This document shows, piece after piece, positions 1 to 10,941 of a stretch of 64,000 bases of DNA (the stretch's first letter is position 1; each line of letters begins with the position of its first letter). The stretch is from Candidatus Marinacidobacterales bacterium (lineage in GTDB: Bacteria; Acidobacteriota; Vicinamibacteria; Marinacidobacterales; SMYC01). The position numbers and the translations under genes are program-made. The stretch is from contig CBDCYI010000004.1 of assembly GCA_965224085.1 (NCBI GenBank), positions 704,001-768,000 of the forward strand, written 5' to 3'. The notes beneath the pieces are model-generated. The model was not told where the DNA came from. It worked only from the letters and a program-made list of their open reading frames with translations, and searched no databases.

Positions 1-110
1 AAAAAGCTGTCCAAAGAATGGAAAATCCCCACGAATTTCATGTTCATTGCTTCCCCCGGCGACCACTTCCTTTACGGCTTGGCCGAACTGGGTGGCGTTC
101 GTCTCATCAT

Positions 111-1206
111 TTAGGCTTCGCGTCGGATCAGGAGGAAGGCTTTGATGAACGCGTCGAGGTCGCCATCCATCACGCGATCGACATCGGAAATCTCGACTTT
201 GGTGCGGTGGTCCTTGACCATGCAATAGGGCTGGAACACGTAGGAACGGATTTGGTTCCCCCAGGCGATGTCTTTCTTACCGTCGTGCATGGCGTTGACC
301 TTTTCTTGCTTTTCTCTCAATTTGAGGTCGTAAAGACGCGCCCGTAGAACCTTCATCGCCATATCTTTGTTCCGATGCTGGGAGCGCTCGTTCTGGCACT
401 GCGTGACGATGCCCGTCGGGATGTGTGTGATCCGGACGGCGGAATCCGTGACGTTCACGTGCTGTCCGCCCTTGCCGCTCGATCGGTAGGTATCGATGCG
501 CAGGTCCTTTTCGTTAATGTCTACCTCGACGTCTTCGTTTATCTCGGGGAAAACGAAGACCGACGCAAAAGAGGTGTGCCTTCTTTTCGCCGCATCGAAA
601 GGCGAGATCCTGACGAGGCGGTGGACGCCGACCTCCGCGCTCAGATAGCCGTAGGCGTATGGACCCGTGGCCGTGAAAGTAGCACTCTTGAGCCCAGCCT
701 CTTCCCCTTCCTGGTAGTCGATCATCTCTGTTTTGAAACCGCGGCTCTCCGCCCAGCGCAGATACATGCGCAGTAGCATCTCCGCCCAGTCCTGAGACTC
801 GGTGCCGCCGGCGCCCGGGTGGATGCTGACGATGGCGTTCGTGGCGTCGTTCTCTCCGCCGAGGAGCTTCTGAAGCTCGGCGGACTCGACTTCCGCCTGC
901 CAAGTGTCGAGATGCGCGATGAGATCGTCGGTGACGTTCTCCCCTTCCCTCGCCCATTCCACGAGCGTGCGCACTTCCTCTTCGCAGTCGTTGAGCTTCT
1001 GAATGAGATCGAGGTCGGTCCGAAGACGGCTCCGTTCCCGCGAGAGCTCCTCACCTTTTCCCGCTTGGGACCAGATGTCGGGTTCGGAGAGTTTTTGGTC
1101 GAGCTCGTGAATGGATTTTTCTAGGGCAGCTTGGTCAAAGATAGCCTCGAACATCGCGGGCACGACGGCCGAGAATCTCCGAACGCTCTAGAAGATCCTC
1201 AATCAT
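111..1206 (-). CDS. prfB: Peptide chain release factor 2, +1 programmed frameshift
   Basis: GGQ (SGKGGQHVN) and SPF motifs. The true start ATG at 1206 gives MIEDLLERSEILGRRARDVRGYL, then CTT TGA C, and continues in the frame of ORF 111..1163. Confidence 0.96.
1134..1149 (-). other. prfB frameshift site (CGAGGC-TAT-CTT-TGA-C)
   Basis: Minus strand reads CGAGGCTATCTTTGAC, the canonical RF2 slippery stop with an SD-like element 3 nt upstream. Confidence 0.93.
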
Positions 1207-1240
1207 GATGACTCACTCGCTCCCCTTGAACTTGATGCCG

Positions 1241-1906
1241 CTACTGCGTGATGTAGGGCTTGAACTTTTCCTCGTCGCGCAGCTTCTGGACGACCTTCTC
1301 CGCTTCGGCACGCGTCGAAAAGCGGCCCACGCGCACGCGATGAAGCCCTGCCTCACCGCCGGCCTCCAGATAAGCCCGGTAGTTCTTGTTCTTGAGTCGG
1401 GACAAGAGAGACTGCGCCGCATCCTCGGTCTTTAGGGCAACGACCTGAACCGCAAAAGCACCTTCAGCGCTGCCGAGCGTCACCGCTCGGCGCACCGGAG
1501 CCGGCTTGGGCGGAGGCGACGCCTTGGGCGTCGGCTCGCGCCTCGCCTTGCGCAACGTCGTTTCGGGACTCTCGGATTTTACCGTCTGGAGCTTGCTTTG
1601 CACGATGCCCGTCTCGAGACGATCCGGGTAGTCGAGCTCCGGCTTGGGCTTGGACGTGGACGTGGACGTGTCAGTGCTCGCTTTCCCATTGAACTTCTCC
1701 GCGGACCGCGTCAACGTGCCTGCGGCGATGTCGTTGGGCACAGCGGCGAGGGTCGCGTCTCGGACACCTCTACCCACCATCACGCCACATAGGAAAACGA
1801 CTACCGCGATGGCTAGGGTAGCCATGAAGAAGAAGACCAACTGCTTGTTGTTCAGCTGGACTTCGTAGTAGGCCCCATCATCGTATTCGGCCATCTCACT
1901 ACCCAC
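1241..1906 (-). CDS. SPOR-domain cell division protein (FtsN/DedD-like)
   Basis: N-terminal TM helix, Pro/Lys-rich linker, C-terminal FAVQVVAL...HRVRVGRFSTRAEAE. Confidence 0.85.
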   Translation of the reverse strand: MGSEMAEYDDGAYYEVQLNNKQLVFFFMATLAIAVVVFLCGVMVGRGVRDATLAAVPNDIAAGTLTRSAEKFNGKASTDTSTSTSKPKPELDYPDRLETGIVQSKLQTVKSESPETTLRKARREPTPKASPPPKPAPVRRAVTLGSAEGAFAVQVVALKTEDAAQSLLSRLKNKNYRAYLEAGGEAGLHRVRVGRFSTRAEAEKVVQKLRDEEKFKPYITQ

Positions 1907-2009
1907 TCCTTTGACCCCATACGCTAATATTTTACTTGAGACGAAGTATTCTAACCCAATATCAACATTGAAGGGGGAAATTTGTCGTGGAAGCTCCCAG
2001 TCGCCCCAG

Positions 2010-3312
2010 CTAGCTTTGGCTCAGGATGCTCGTCGCTACCGCTTCTTGCTCGCTCTTGCCTAACCGGCGACCAATCTCGAGAAGGAGACCATAGGTGAGC
2101 TCGTTGAGCCCATCGACAAGCACAGCCCTTTTGGCCTCGTGCGGCTTGTTGCCTAGATTCTGAAGCAGCTGGTCGAAATCCACCCGCCCGGCGGTGCCGA
2201 GCTCCACGCTCTCGAAGAGAAGCGGGAATTGCTCGGCGACCTCGGTCATGACGTCCGCGCTGAACGCGAGGGCGGCTTCGCCTTCGAGCTTGCGGCTGAG
2301 ATAACTACAAACGCGCTCGAAGTTGCGGTTGTAGTGCTCGACCACTTCCTGGAGCTCGTACTCGAGCTCGATACTACGCTTTTCCGTTTCGTGGGAACCG
2401 CCGCGCTCGACAACGCCAGCGGCAAGAAGACCAAAAAGAATCCGCAAAGTCTCGAAATTCGGCAGATAGCTCATCGCAAGAATCTGCTCGACGTTGATGC
2501 GTCCGTTCACGAGCGAATGGACTTGAGATTCGTCTTCGTCGAGACGCAGTTTGTAGATCAAACTGTCGGCACTGTCCGACGGCCGCAAGACCGCTTCGAG
2601 CGGGCCGACTCCAGCATATATCCGCGTGAAATCCTTGAGGCGGCGAATGCCTTCCAGGATGACGTTCTCCGAGTCGAGGTCGAGCACCATCGGCCCGTCA
2701 GCGGTGAGGTCCTTGATCACGAACTCGTACTCGCCGCGGGTCCAGACGAACAAGCTATAGACGATCGCTTCCGCGTGCCGATGGATGGCAACGAAAAGAT
2801 CATCCGGGGTGATGATGCCTTGTTCGACGAGAACAGCGCCGAGCTTCTTGTCCGGCTGTATCTTCTTGCTCGCCTCGAGGAACTGCCGCACCGTGATTTT
2901 CCCCGTCTTAACCCTAATCGCAAAATCTTCGAAGCACGAAAACGCGAAACAGCCGCACTTGGCGCAGGCGAGAAGCTCGTGCTGGGGCACCCGCTCGCCG
3001 CCACTATAGGTGATTCTGCACGGTGTATGCAGAACCTGGAAAAGGTGCTATTCACGGGGCCAAAGACCTCAGACACGGTGACGTTTATTTGCGATTAGGG
3101 TTAAGCAAGAACTCGCCGAGCCGATCGTCCTGCGAGTTCGACATCGCGTAGATGATGCGACCTTCTTTGAAATAAATGGCCTTCCACCGTCCGGCGTCGT
3201 GGAAATTGAGAATCCCGGTCTCTTTGCTCCGGCTGATCGAAGCGAGTAGCTCGGGCAGGCTCGACTCGGACAAAGAGCCGCGAATCGTCAGCTCTTCACC
3301 TTGCATGGTCAT
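2010..3312 (-). pseudogene. DUF4388-domain protein interrupted by a MITE
   Basis: GSLSESSLPELL...TGILNF...KAIYFKEGRII...RLGEFLL then KTGKITVRQF...KKLGAVLV. Removing 2912-3100 plus one TTAA restores a 369-aa ORF. Confidence 0.88.
2912..3100. mobile_element. MITE, 189 bp, 13-bp perfect TIRs, TTAA target duplication
   Basis: TTAA(2908-2911) CCCTAATCGCAAA ... TTTGCGATTAGGG TTAA(3101-3104). No transposase inside. Confidence 0.92.
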
Positions 3313-3348
3313 GACAGCTCCTCCTGCGAGCCCCGCATCCCGCCAGTT

Positions 3349-4140
3349 CTAGTCCTTGGCCGCTCCGTTGCTCCACTCCTTGAATCGGCGGAGGAGTGGC
3401 TCGATGAGCTCGATGGGTAGCGGAAAAATGATCGTCGAGTTCTTCTCGGTTGCGATCTCCGTCAGCGTCTGAAGATAGCGAAGCTGCATACCCAGAGGGT
3501 GCTTGCCGACGATCTCAGCCGCCTTCGACAGCATCGCGGACGCTTGAAACTCGCCTTCGGCGTGAATGACTTTCGCTCTTTTCTCACGCTCGGCCTCCGC
3601 TTGTTTGGCGATCGCGCGCTGCATTTCCGACGGCAAGTCGACATGCTTGACCTCCACCGACGTGACTTTGATCCCCCACGGATCGGTGTGCTTGTCGAGG
3701 ATGTCCTGAAGCTGCATGTTCAGCCGGTCTCTCTCAGCGAGAAGATCGTCGAGCTCCGCTTGCCCCAGAATGCTCCGAAGTGTCGTCTGCGCGAGCTGTG
3801 ACGTCGCATAGAGAAAATTTTCTACTTCGACGATAGCTTTGATCGGCTCGACAACGCGAAAGAACACGACGGCGTTGACTTTCACCGAAACGTTGTCTTT
3901 GGTGATGATGTCTTGCGGCGGCACATCGAGCGCGACGAGCCGCAAGCTCACTTTAACGATGCGATCGATCGGCGCGAAGACGAGAACGAGCCCCGGGCCT
4001 TTGGGCCTCGGGATCAAGTTGCCGAGACGGAAGACGACACCGCGCTCGTACTCATTCAGGATCTTGACCCAGTTGAGGAGAAAAATCGCGACGACGATGA
4101 CCACCGCGATCGTGGGAATTGAAAATCCACCAGGCATCAT
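3349..4140 (-). CDS. Slipin/stomatin (SPFH) family protein
   Basis: [54 protein letters not shown]-type motif. Confidence 0.93.
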   Translation of the reverse strand: MMPGGFSIPTIAVVIVVAIFLLNWVKILNEYERGVVFRLGNLIPRPKGPGLVLVFAPIDRIVKVSLRLVALDVPPQDIITKDNVSVKVNAVVFFRVVEPIKAIVEVENFLYATSQLAQTTLRSILGQAELDDLLAERDRLNMQLQDILDKHTDPWGIKVTSVEVKHVDLPSEMQRAIAKQAEAEREKRAKVIHAEGEFQASAMLSKAAEIVGKHPLGMQLRYLQTLTEIATEKNSTIIFPLPIELIEPLLRRFKEWSNGAAKD

Positions 4141-4148
4141 GTCCCCCG

Positions 4149-5459
4149 TTATGACGATTCCGGATCGCGCTCGACATGTAGCAGCAACCCGTCGACGGAT
4201 AAGACGCGTACGCGCTCGCTTTCCTGAATGGGCTCGTCCGCATGCGCGTCCCAGAACTCACCTCGTATGAAAACCTTTCCGCGATGGTCGATCAGCGTGC
4301 GCGCCGTCGCGGACTGGCCGATCAGACTCTCGATGCCCGTCATCGGGGCGCGGCGTTGCGCTTCAACCACTTTGCGGCCGAGAGCGATGACGACCACGCC
4401 GAGAACAATGGCAACAGGAACCACCATAGCCCAGCTCACGCGGAGCGCGGGCGTCGGGAGCGGCTGTTCGTCGAACAGCAACAGAGCACCGAGAACGAGC
4501 CCGACGACGCCTCCCATTCCGATGATTCCGAACGACGGCGTGACCACTTCCACGATGAGAAGCCCGAAACCAGCGACGAGAAGAATGACACCGACGATGT
4601 TCACCGGCAGAATCTCGAAGGCGAAGGCCGCGAGCAGGAGCGCTACTGCGCCGAAAATGCCTGGAAAGAGCAGGCCTGGATTCGAGAATTCCATATAGAG
4701 CCCGGCGAGACCAATCATCCCTAAAAGAAGCGCGATGTTCGGGTTCGCGATGAACGCGAGGATCTCTTGCTTGCGCGTCATCTTGCGAAGCACCACAACT
4801 TTCCCCGCCGTCGCCAAAACGATCTCGGCGCCTCCGCGTCTCGGGATCGCCTTGCCGTCGAGCAGCTCGAGTAGCTCGCTCTCGCTGCTCGCGATGTAAT
4901 CGATGAGACCGACTTCGAGGGCTTCAGAAGCCGTCCACGAGAGCGTCTCCGTTACAGCTTTTTCCGCGACTTCCGGTTCGCGGTTCCGGCGCTCTGCGAT
5001 CGAACGCGTATAAGCAGCCGCATCCGACGTTACCTTCTTTTGCATCATCTCCTGCAAATCCTGCCCGCTGCCGGATACCGGCGTTGCCGCCCCGGTATTC
5101 GTGCCCGGTGCCATCACGGCGACGTCGGCGGCGATCGTGATGAGAAATCCAGCCGAGGCCGCATGGGCTCCTGCCGGCGCAACATAGACGATGACCGGGC
5201 GCTCACTGTTGAGCATGACCTCGATCATATCCCGCGTTGCGGAGAGAAGCCCGCCCGGTGTCTTGAGCTGGATGAGCACGAGCTCGGCATCATCTTCGGC
5301 GGCAGCATGGATGGTGTCGATGACGTGACCTGCCGTGACGCCGTGGATCACATCGTCCAGGACAACTTTGTATATTGGTCCAGAGGACGCGGCGACGCTT
5401 GCTCCTAAACCGACAGAGACGCCTACACAAGTGGTTGACAGGACGCGAAATATTCGCAT
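4149..5459 (-). CDS. nfeD: NfeD membrane-bound serine protease (ClpP class)
   Basis: [26 protein letters not shown] bundle, C-terminal [14 protein letters not shown] fold. Sits upstream of the slipin gene. Confidence 0.92.
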   Translation of the reverse strand: MRIFRVLSTTCVGVSVGLGASVAASSGPIYKVVLDDVIHGVTAGHVIDTIHAAAEDDAELVLIQLKTPGGLLSATRDMIEVMLNSERPVIVYVAPAGAHAASAGFLITIAADVAVMAPGTNTGAATPVSGSGQDLQEMMQKKVTSDAAAYTRSIAERRNREPEVAEKAVTETLSWTASEALEVGLIDYIASSESELLELLDGKAIPRRGGAEIVLATAGKVVVLRKMTRKQEILAFIANPNIALLLGMIGLAGLYMEFSNPGLLFPGIFGAVALLLAAFAFEILPVNIVGVILLVAGFGLLIVEVVTPSFGIIGMGGVVGLVLGALLLFDEQPLPTPALRVSWAMVVPVAIVLGVVVIALGRKVVEAQRRAPMTGIESLIGQSATARTLIDHRGKVFIRGEFWDAHADEPIQESERVRVLSVDGLLLHVERDPESS

Positions 5460-5664
5460 GGCTTTACTCTGGGATTATAGGATCCCGGCCTTTCGCTGTC
5501 AAGACGGAAATCCCGTTAAGTCCCTACGGAACAATTGCTTAGGGACCACCCCTAGAAACCCGACGCGTACCTGTACGACCAAAATGCTGCCTTTCTTGCT
5601 CTTTTGGAAAAGAAACGAACCGCGGCGGTTCGCTGGGCTGTGCTAGTGTCGCGAAAACGCTGAT

Positions 5665-7548
5665 ATGCTCGCACACCCCCGCCTCTCCGCCGCCGCGGTC
5701 GCGCTCCTCTTCGTCACGCTGACGGCGCTCTTCGCGTTGCCGCTCAGCACCGCGCCCAGCGCAGAGGCGCTCGATCTCGGTCCGGATACCCGTCTGTTTC
5801 TGTGGACGCTCGGCTGGGACGTCCACGCGCTCGCGCACGCGCCCCTTTCAATCTTCGATGCGAACATCTTCTACCCAGAGCCCAACACGCTCGCTTACTC
5901 GGAGCATCAAATTGGAAGCGCACTCGTCGCGGCGCCCGTGCTGCTCGCCACCGGAAAGCCCCTGCTCGCAATGAACCTCGTGTTGCTCGCCTCGTGCGCG
6001 CTTTCGGGGTTCGGCGCCTTCGTGCTCGCGCGCGAGCTCGGGCTCGGGATTTGGGGCGCGCTCGTCGCCGGCCTCGTCTTCGCCTTCGCGCCGCCACGAT
6101 TCTTCCGGCTAGGCCAGCTGCATCTGGCTACCGTGCAATGGATCCCGTTCTGCCTCCTTTACCTTCACCGCTACGCGCGAAAAGGCTCCACGCGACACCT
6201 CGTCGCGGCTTGTCTCTTTTTCACGATGACGGCTTGGTCCGGCGGACAAAGCGGGCTCTTTCTCGCCCTCACGGCCACGAGCCTGCTCCTTTACCTCCTT
6301 CTCCTGGGCGAGCTCGGTCCTTCGAGCCACCTCGGAAAGGACGTCGTGGTGGCCACGGTCTTGGTCCTACTCCTCAACGTGCCGTTCCTGCTTCCCTATC
6401 TCAGCGTTCAGAAAGAGCTCGGGCTCGAGCGTAGCTTGGAAGAGGCCACCTTCTGGTCGCCCAACGCGGAAAGTTTCCTCGCCTCGCCTGCGCACGCGCA
6501 TCGAGCCGTTTGGCAGCTCCTCGGGTGGCAAGCTCGCATCGCGCGTGAGGCGAAAGCGTTCCTCTTTCCCGGATTCCTTCCCATCTTGCTCGCGGTGGCG
6601 GCCCTCATGGCCCGCAAGGAGCGGCCGAGGACGAGCTCTCAGGCCTCCGCACCGCTTCTCGACGTCGCCATCATCGCGGTTGTGCTCTTCGCAATCTTTA
6701 TCGAGGCCGCTTCAGGCCTCCGAATCGGAAGCGTCTCCGCTAGCAGTGGTTGGCGTGCGGTCGTCGTCGCCGCCATCCTTGTCGGCGCTCGCGTCGCGAT
6801 TTATCGCCGAACACCTTTCGCGCACGGTTATCGTCGAGCGTTCCGGAGTTGGGCCGAGGCTCGCATGGGAGTCCACGCGTCGTTCTATCTCGGCCTCACC
6901 TCGCTCACGCTTTGGGCATCGCTCGGCCCACAAGGCGGGCTTTATGCGGCACTCTATCAGTGGCTCCCTGGTTTCGATTTCATCCGCGTGCCGTCGCGGC
7001 TGACGATTCTCACGGTGTTGGCTCTCGCGATGCTCGCAGGCTTCGGCGCTGAGCGTGTCGCTACGCGCCGACTCTCGTGGGCGCCGCTCTTTGCCGTGCT
7101 CATTTTGGTCGAGCTCGCCGCGTTCCCCCTCGACACCCACCTCTACGCCGTGACGTCGACGCCGATGGATAGCTGGCTGAAGGAGCAAACCGACCGCGAG
7201 CCTATCGTCGTGCTCCCGATTCCGGATCCGGCTGACGACCTCGCAGCGGCGCGTCACCACTCACGCTATATGCTCGACTCGCTCGTGCACCTGCGCCCGC
7301 TCGTGAACGGCTATAGCGGCTTCACGCCGCCGTCGCACCGTCGGCTCTTTCGGATCCTTGGGAGCTTCCCGGACGACGTCGGCCTAACCGAGCTCGACAA
7401 GCTCGGTGTGCGCTACGCCGTCTTCCATCGCATTGGCTACGACACCCGCGGTTGGGAGGAGGTGCTCGAGCGCGCGGCGAGCCACGCGGACAGAATGGAG
7501 CTCAAAGCGTCTTTCGAAGGGGGCCGCGTCTACGAGATCAGCCGCTGA
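5665..7548 (+). CDS. Polytopic membrane protein, GT-C/YfhO-like
   Basis: IFDANIFYPEPNTLAYSEH, LPGFDFIRVPSR and PLVNGYSGFTP motifs, many TM segments. Confidence 0.7.
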   Translation: MLAHPRLSAAAVALLFVTLTALFALPLSTAPSAEALDLGPDTRLFLWTLGWDVHALAHAPLSIFDANIFYPEPNTLAYSEHQIGSALVAAPVLLATGKPLLAMNLVLLASCALSGFGAFVLARELGLGIWGALVAGLVFAFAPPRFFRLGQLHLATVQWIPFCLLYLHRYARKGSTRHLVAACLFFTMTAWSGGQSGLFLALTATSLLLYLLLLGELGPSSHLGKDVVVATVLVLLLNVPFLLPYLSVQKELGLERSLEEATFWSPNAESFLASPAHAHRAVWQLLGWQARIAREAKAFLFPGFLPILLAVAALMARKERPRTSSQASAPLLDVAIIAVVLFAIFIEAASGLRIGSVSASSGWRAVVVAAILVGARVAIYRRTPFAHGYRRAFRSWAEARMGVHASFYLGLTSLTLWASLGPQGGLYAALYQWLPGFDFIRVPSRLTILTVLALAMLAGFGAERVATRRLSWAPLFAVLILVELAAFPLDTHLYAVTSTPMDSWLKEQTDREPIVVLPIPDPADDLAAARHHSRYMLDSLVHLRPLVNGYSGFTPPSHRRLFRILGSFPDDVGLTELDKLGVRYAVFHRIGYDTRGWEEVLERAASHADRMELKASFEGGRVYEISR

Positions 7549-8017
7549 GCTTCGCGTCGTGGATGGTAACGAGCTTCATGATCTCGAAATTCTTCTCGCC
7601 GCCGGGCGTCTGGACGTCGACTTCGTCGCCCTCCTCTTTCCCCATGAGCGCGCGTCCAATCGGTGAGCTTGTCGAGATCAAGCCCTTCGAGACGTCCGCC
7701 TCCTCACTCATGACGAGCTTGTAGACAATCTCCTTTTCCTTCTCCAAGTCGTACAATGTGACCTCGGAGCCGAATGAGACCTTGCCCTCGGGTATCTTGT
7801 CGAAACTGACCATCGAGAGCTCGCCGAGACGTTTTTTTAGCTGGCCGAGCCTCGCGTTAACATAGCCTTGGCGCTCCTTGGCGGCGTCGTAGTCCGCATT
7901 CTCGGAAAGATCGCCATGCTCCCGCGCGACTTTGAGCGCTCTCGGGAGTTCCACGTGAAGCTCCTCTTCCAATTTCTTGATCTCTGCCTTGAGTTTGTCG
8001 ATGATTTCATGGCTCAT
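7538..8017 (-). CDS. greA: Transcription elongation factor GreA
   Basis: AREHGDLSENADYDAAKE and ISTSSPIGRALMGK. Confidence 0.96.
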   Translation of the reverse strand: MSHEIIDKLKAEIKKLEEELHVELPRALKVAREHGDLSENADYDAAKERQGYVNARLGQLKKRLGELSMVSFDKIPEGKVSFGSEVTLYDLEKEKEIVYKLVMSEEADVSKGLISTSSPIGRALMGKEEGDEVDVQTPGGEKNFEIMKLVTIHDAKLSG

Positions 8018-8064
8018 AGTTTTTTGGCATGATAACCAGGCTGACCGCCTTCCGCAAGGGATTC

Positions 8065-8796
8065 ATGAAGCGCATCGAGAGCCCTCAAAACCCGCTCGTT
8101 AAGACGATTCGCCGCCTCGCGCAGGCGCGGAAGCGCGAAGACAGGTTCTTGCTCGAAGGTAGCAAGCTCGTCGATGCCGTCCTCGAGAGAGGCGCACGGA
8201 TCGAGACGGTGGTGATCTCGAGCACATTCTCCGGGAGAGTGCCCGAGGGTGTTCCGGCCGTGGAGCTACCCGAGCGATTGTTTAAGAGCGTGAGCTATCT
8301 GGATTCCCCCGAGGGAATCCTCGCGGTAGCAGAGCGTCCGTCGCGCGTCGAGCTTCCCGACCGGGGTCTACTCGTCGTCTGCGCCGGCATTCAAGATCCC
8401 GGCAATCTCGGCGCCATCGTGCGCGTCGCGGAAGCCGCGGGCGTCTCGGCGCTCGTCACGCTTCCCGGCTCGGCGGATCCTTTTAGTCCGAAAGGGGTGC
8501 GCGGCTCCATGGGCAGCGTACTACGTCTGCCCACCTTCGAGATCGAAGACCCCGATGAACTCGAGGGGTTCCGCCTTGCAGCCCTCGTCCCTCGGGACGG
8601 GATCGACTACCGGGAAGCGGACTACGCACGGCCGATGGCCATTCTGCTCGGACGCGAGGGCGCCGGTTTGGACCCATCGCTCCTCGCCAGAGCGGAGCTC
8701 GCGCTCACCATTCCGATGCAAGGTGAGGTGGAGTCGTTGAACGTGGCCACGGCGGCGGCGCTCGTTTTGTTTGAAGCCGCTCGACGGGAGCCGTAG
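8065..8796 (+). CDS. TrmH/SpoU family RNA methyltransferase
   Basis: IQDPGNLGAIVR, LGREGAGL, IPMQGEVESLNVATAA. Confidence 0.93.
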   Translation: MKRIESPQNPLVKTIRRLAQARKREDRFLLEGSKLVDAVLERGARIETVVISSTFSGRVPEGVPAVELPERLFKSVSYLDSPEGILAVAERPSRVELPDRGLLVVCAGIQDPGNLGAIVRVAEAAGVSALVTLPGSADPFSPKGVRGSMGSVLRLPTFEIEDPDELEGFRLAALVPRDGIDYREADYARPMAILLGREGAGLDPSLLARAELALTIPMQGEVESLNVATAAALVLFEAARREP

Positions 8797-8815
8797 ACCG
8801 GAATAAGCTTCTGCC

Positions 8816-10150
8816 ATGGATCAGCAACAGCTCTTCTCGAAAGCATCCGGCGCCGGAGGGCCGGCGCCGCTCGCGGAGCGGATGCGGCCGCGCGATCTCG
8901 ACGAGCTCATCGGGCAAGAAGAAATCGCCGGCCCGAACACGACGCTCTTCGCCGCGATCGAGAAAGACCGGATCGGCTCGCTGATCCTCTGGGGTCCTCC
9001 GGGCTCCGGCAAGACCACCCTGGCACGGATCATCGCGGAGCGCACCCAGTCGCACTTCGTCCCGTTCAGCGCCGTCGTCTCCGGCATCAAGGAAATCAAA
9101 ATGGTTATGAAGGAGGCGGAACAGCAGCGCCACATCTATGGCCGCCGCACGCTCCTGTTCGTCGACGAGATCCATCGATTCAACAAAGCGCAGCAAGACG
9201 CGTTCCTCCCTCATGTGGAAAGCGGCAACGTTATCTTGATCGGCGCAACGACCGAGAACCCTTCCTTCGAAGTGAACGCCGCTCTTCTCTCGCGATGCCG
9301 CGTGCTCATCCTCCGTCAACTATCGCCAGAAGAGCTCGTGCGGTTGATGAAACGCGCGCTCGCGGACGAAGAGAACGGGCTTTCAGGCCGCCTTCGCATC
9401 GACGAGGAAGCCCTCGAGTGGCTCGCGCGCCAGGCCAACGGAGACGCGCGATTCGTATTGAACGTGCTCGAAGCATTGACACCGATGGCTGGGGCGGACC
9501 GTGTGCTCGGCGTCGCCGAGCTCGAGAGCGCGCTCCAGCGAAAAGCGCTTCTCTACGACAAGAGCGGCGAACAGCATTTCAATATCATCTCCGCGCTCCA
9601 CAAGTCGATCCGAAACTCCGATGTCGACGCGAGCCTCTACTGGCTCGCCCGCATGCTCGAGGCCGGAGAAGATCCGCTCTACATCGCCCGGCGGCTCGTC
9701 CGCTTCGCATCCGAAGATATTGGCCTCGCCGAGCCCGGGGCGCTCGCCCAAGCCGTCGCCGCCAAAGAAGCCTTTCATTTCATCGGCGTCCCCGAAGGCA
9801 AGCTCGCTCTCGCGCAAGCGGTCGTTTATCTCGCGGCCGCTCCCAAGTCGAATGCCGTCTACCGCGCCTATGGCGCCGCGGCGAAAGACGCGCTCGAAGA
9901 TGCGACTGAGCCCGTTCCCCTTTATTTGCGAAACGCGGTCACAGGTCACATGAAAGCTTGGGGCTATGGCAAAGGCTACGAATATGCTCACGATAATGAA
10001 GAGAAGATCGCCAGTATGGAATGCCTCCCCGAGCGGCTACGCGGACGGCGCTACTACGCGCCGACGGAGCAAGGCTTCGAAAAACGCATGGGCGAGCGGC
10101 TCGAGCAGATCGAGAAGACCCGGGACAAGTTGAGAAACAAAGACGGGTAG
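8816..10150 (+). CDS. rarA: Replication-associated recombination protein A
   Basis: PLAERMRP, WGPPGSGKTT, FVDEIHRFNKAQQD, ISALHKSIR, FASEDIG, GYGKGYEYAHD. Confidence 0.96.
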   Translation: MDQQQLFSKASGAGGPAPLAERMRPRDLDELIGQEEIAGPNTTLFAAIEKDRIGSLILWGPPGSGKTTLARIIAERTQSHFVPFSAVVSGIKEIKMVMKEAEQQRHIYGRRTLLFVDEIHRFNKAQQDAFLPHVESGNVILIGATTENPSFEVNAALLSRCRVLILRQLSPEELVRLMKRALADEENGLSGRLRIDEEALEWLARQANGDARFVLNVLEALTPMAGADRVLGVAELESALQRKALLYDKSGEQHFNIISALHKSIRNSDVDASLYWLARMLEAGEDPLYIARRLVRFASEDIGLAEPGALAQAVAAKEAFHFIGVPEGKLALAQAVVYLAAAPKSNAVYRAYGAAAKDALEDATEPVPLYLRNAVTGHMKAWGYGKGYEYAHDNEEKIASMECLPERLRGRRYYAPTEQGFEKRMGERLEQIEKTRDKLRNKDG

Positions 10151-10161
10151 CATATCTTCCT

Positions 10162-10206
10162 GGCTTGGCAGGCTTGGCAGGCTTGGCAGGCTTGGCAGGA
10201 TTGGCC
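10162..10206. repeat. 9-bp tandem repeat (GGCTTGGCA x4 plus one degenerate unit)
   Basis: Seen directly between the rarA stop and the crotonase start. Confidence 0.9.
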
Positions 10207-10219
10207 AGATTGAGCCAGA

Positions 10220-10941
10220 TTGAAAACGAGCGACGTCCACACCATCCAACTCAGCGGCGGGAACGCGAACGCCATCGATGAGGCGCTTCTGAAGACGCTG
10301 ACCGATGGGCTTCGCGCGGCGCTCGACACGGGAAAAACGGCCGTGGTCTTGAAGGCTGTGATCGATTCTTCTCGGCGGGCCTGAACCTCAAATCGCTTCC
10401 CGAGACCCGCGAAGGGATGGCGTCGTTCGTCGCACGTTTCGAACAGGCGAATATCGAGATGCTTCGATTCCCGCTACCCGTCGTCGCGGCCGTCAACGGC
10501 CACGCGATCGCGGGCGGCTGCGTTCTCGCCTGCGCCGCCGATCTGAGGATTGGCGCCAGCGGGAGCCACAAGCTCGGTGTCTCCGAAGTCACGCTTGGAG
10601 TAGCCTTTCCCGCGAGTGCTTTCGAGATCATGCGGCACGCGCTCACGCCGGCTTTCGTCCCGGAAGTGCTCCTTTCTGGCAAGCTCCTCTCTCCGGAGGA
10701 AGCACTCTTGGCCGGGATGCTCCATCATGTCGTCGCGCCCGAAGAGCTTCTCGCCGAGGCCACCGCACACGCCGAAGAGTTCGGCTCGAAACCGCGTCAG
10801 GCCTTTCACCATAGCAAGCTTGCTTTGCGCGCACCGATGTTCGAGCGCATCGAAAAGACGCAAGAAGCGGCGCGCGAGGAATTTCTCGAATCTTGGTTCT
10901 CGCCTGAGGTCGTCGAGCGCCGAAAAGCGATGCTCGCATGA
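10220..10941 (+). pseudogene. Enoyl-CoA hydratase/isomerase, frameshifted near 10351
   Basis: TTG start gives ...GGNANAIDEALL...AVVL, then the other frame gives EGCDRFFSAGLNL...PVVAAVNGHAIAGG. One base is missing. Confidence 0.8.
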
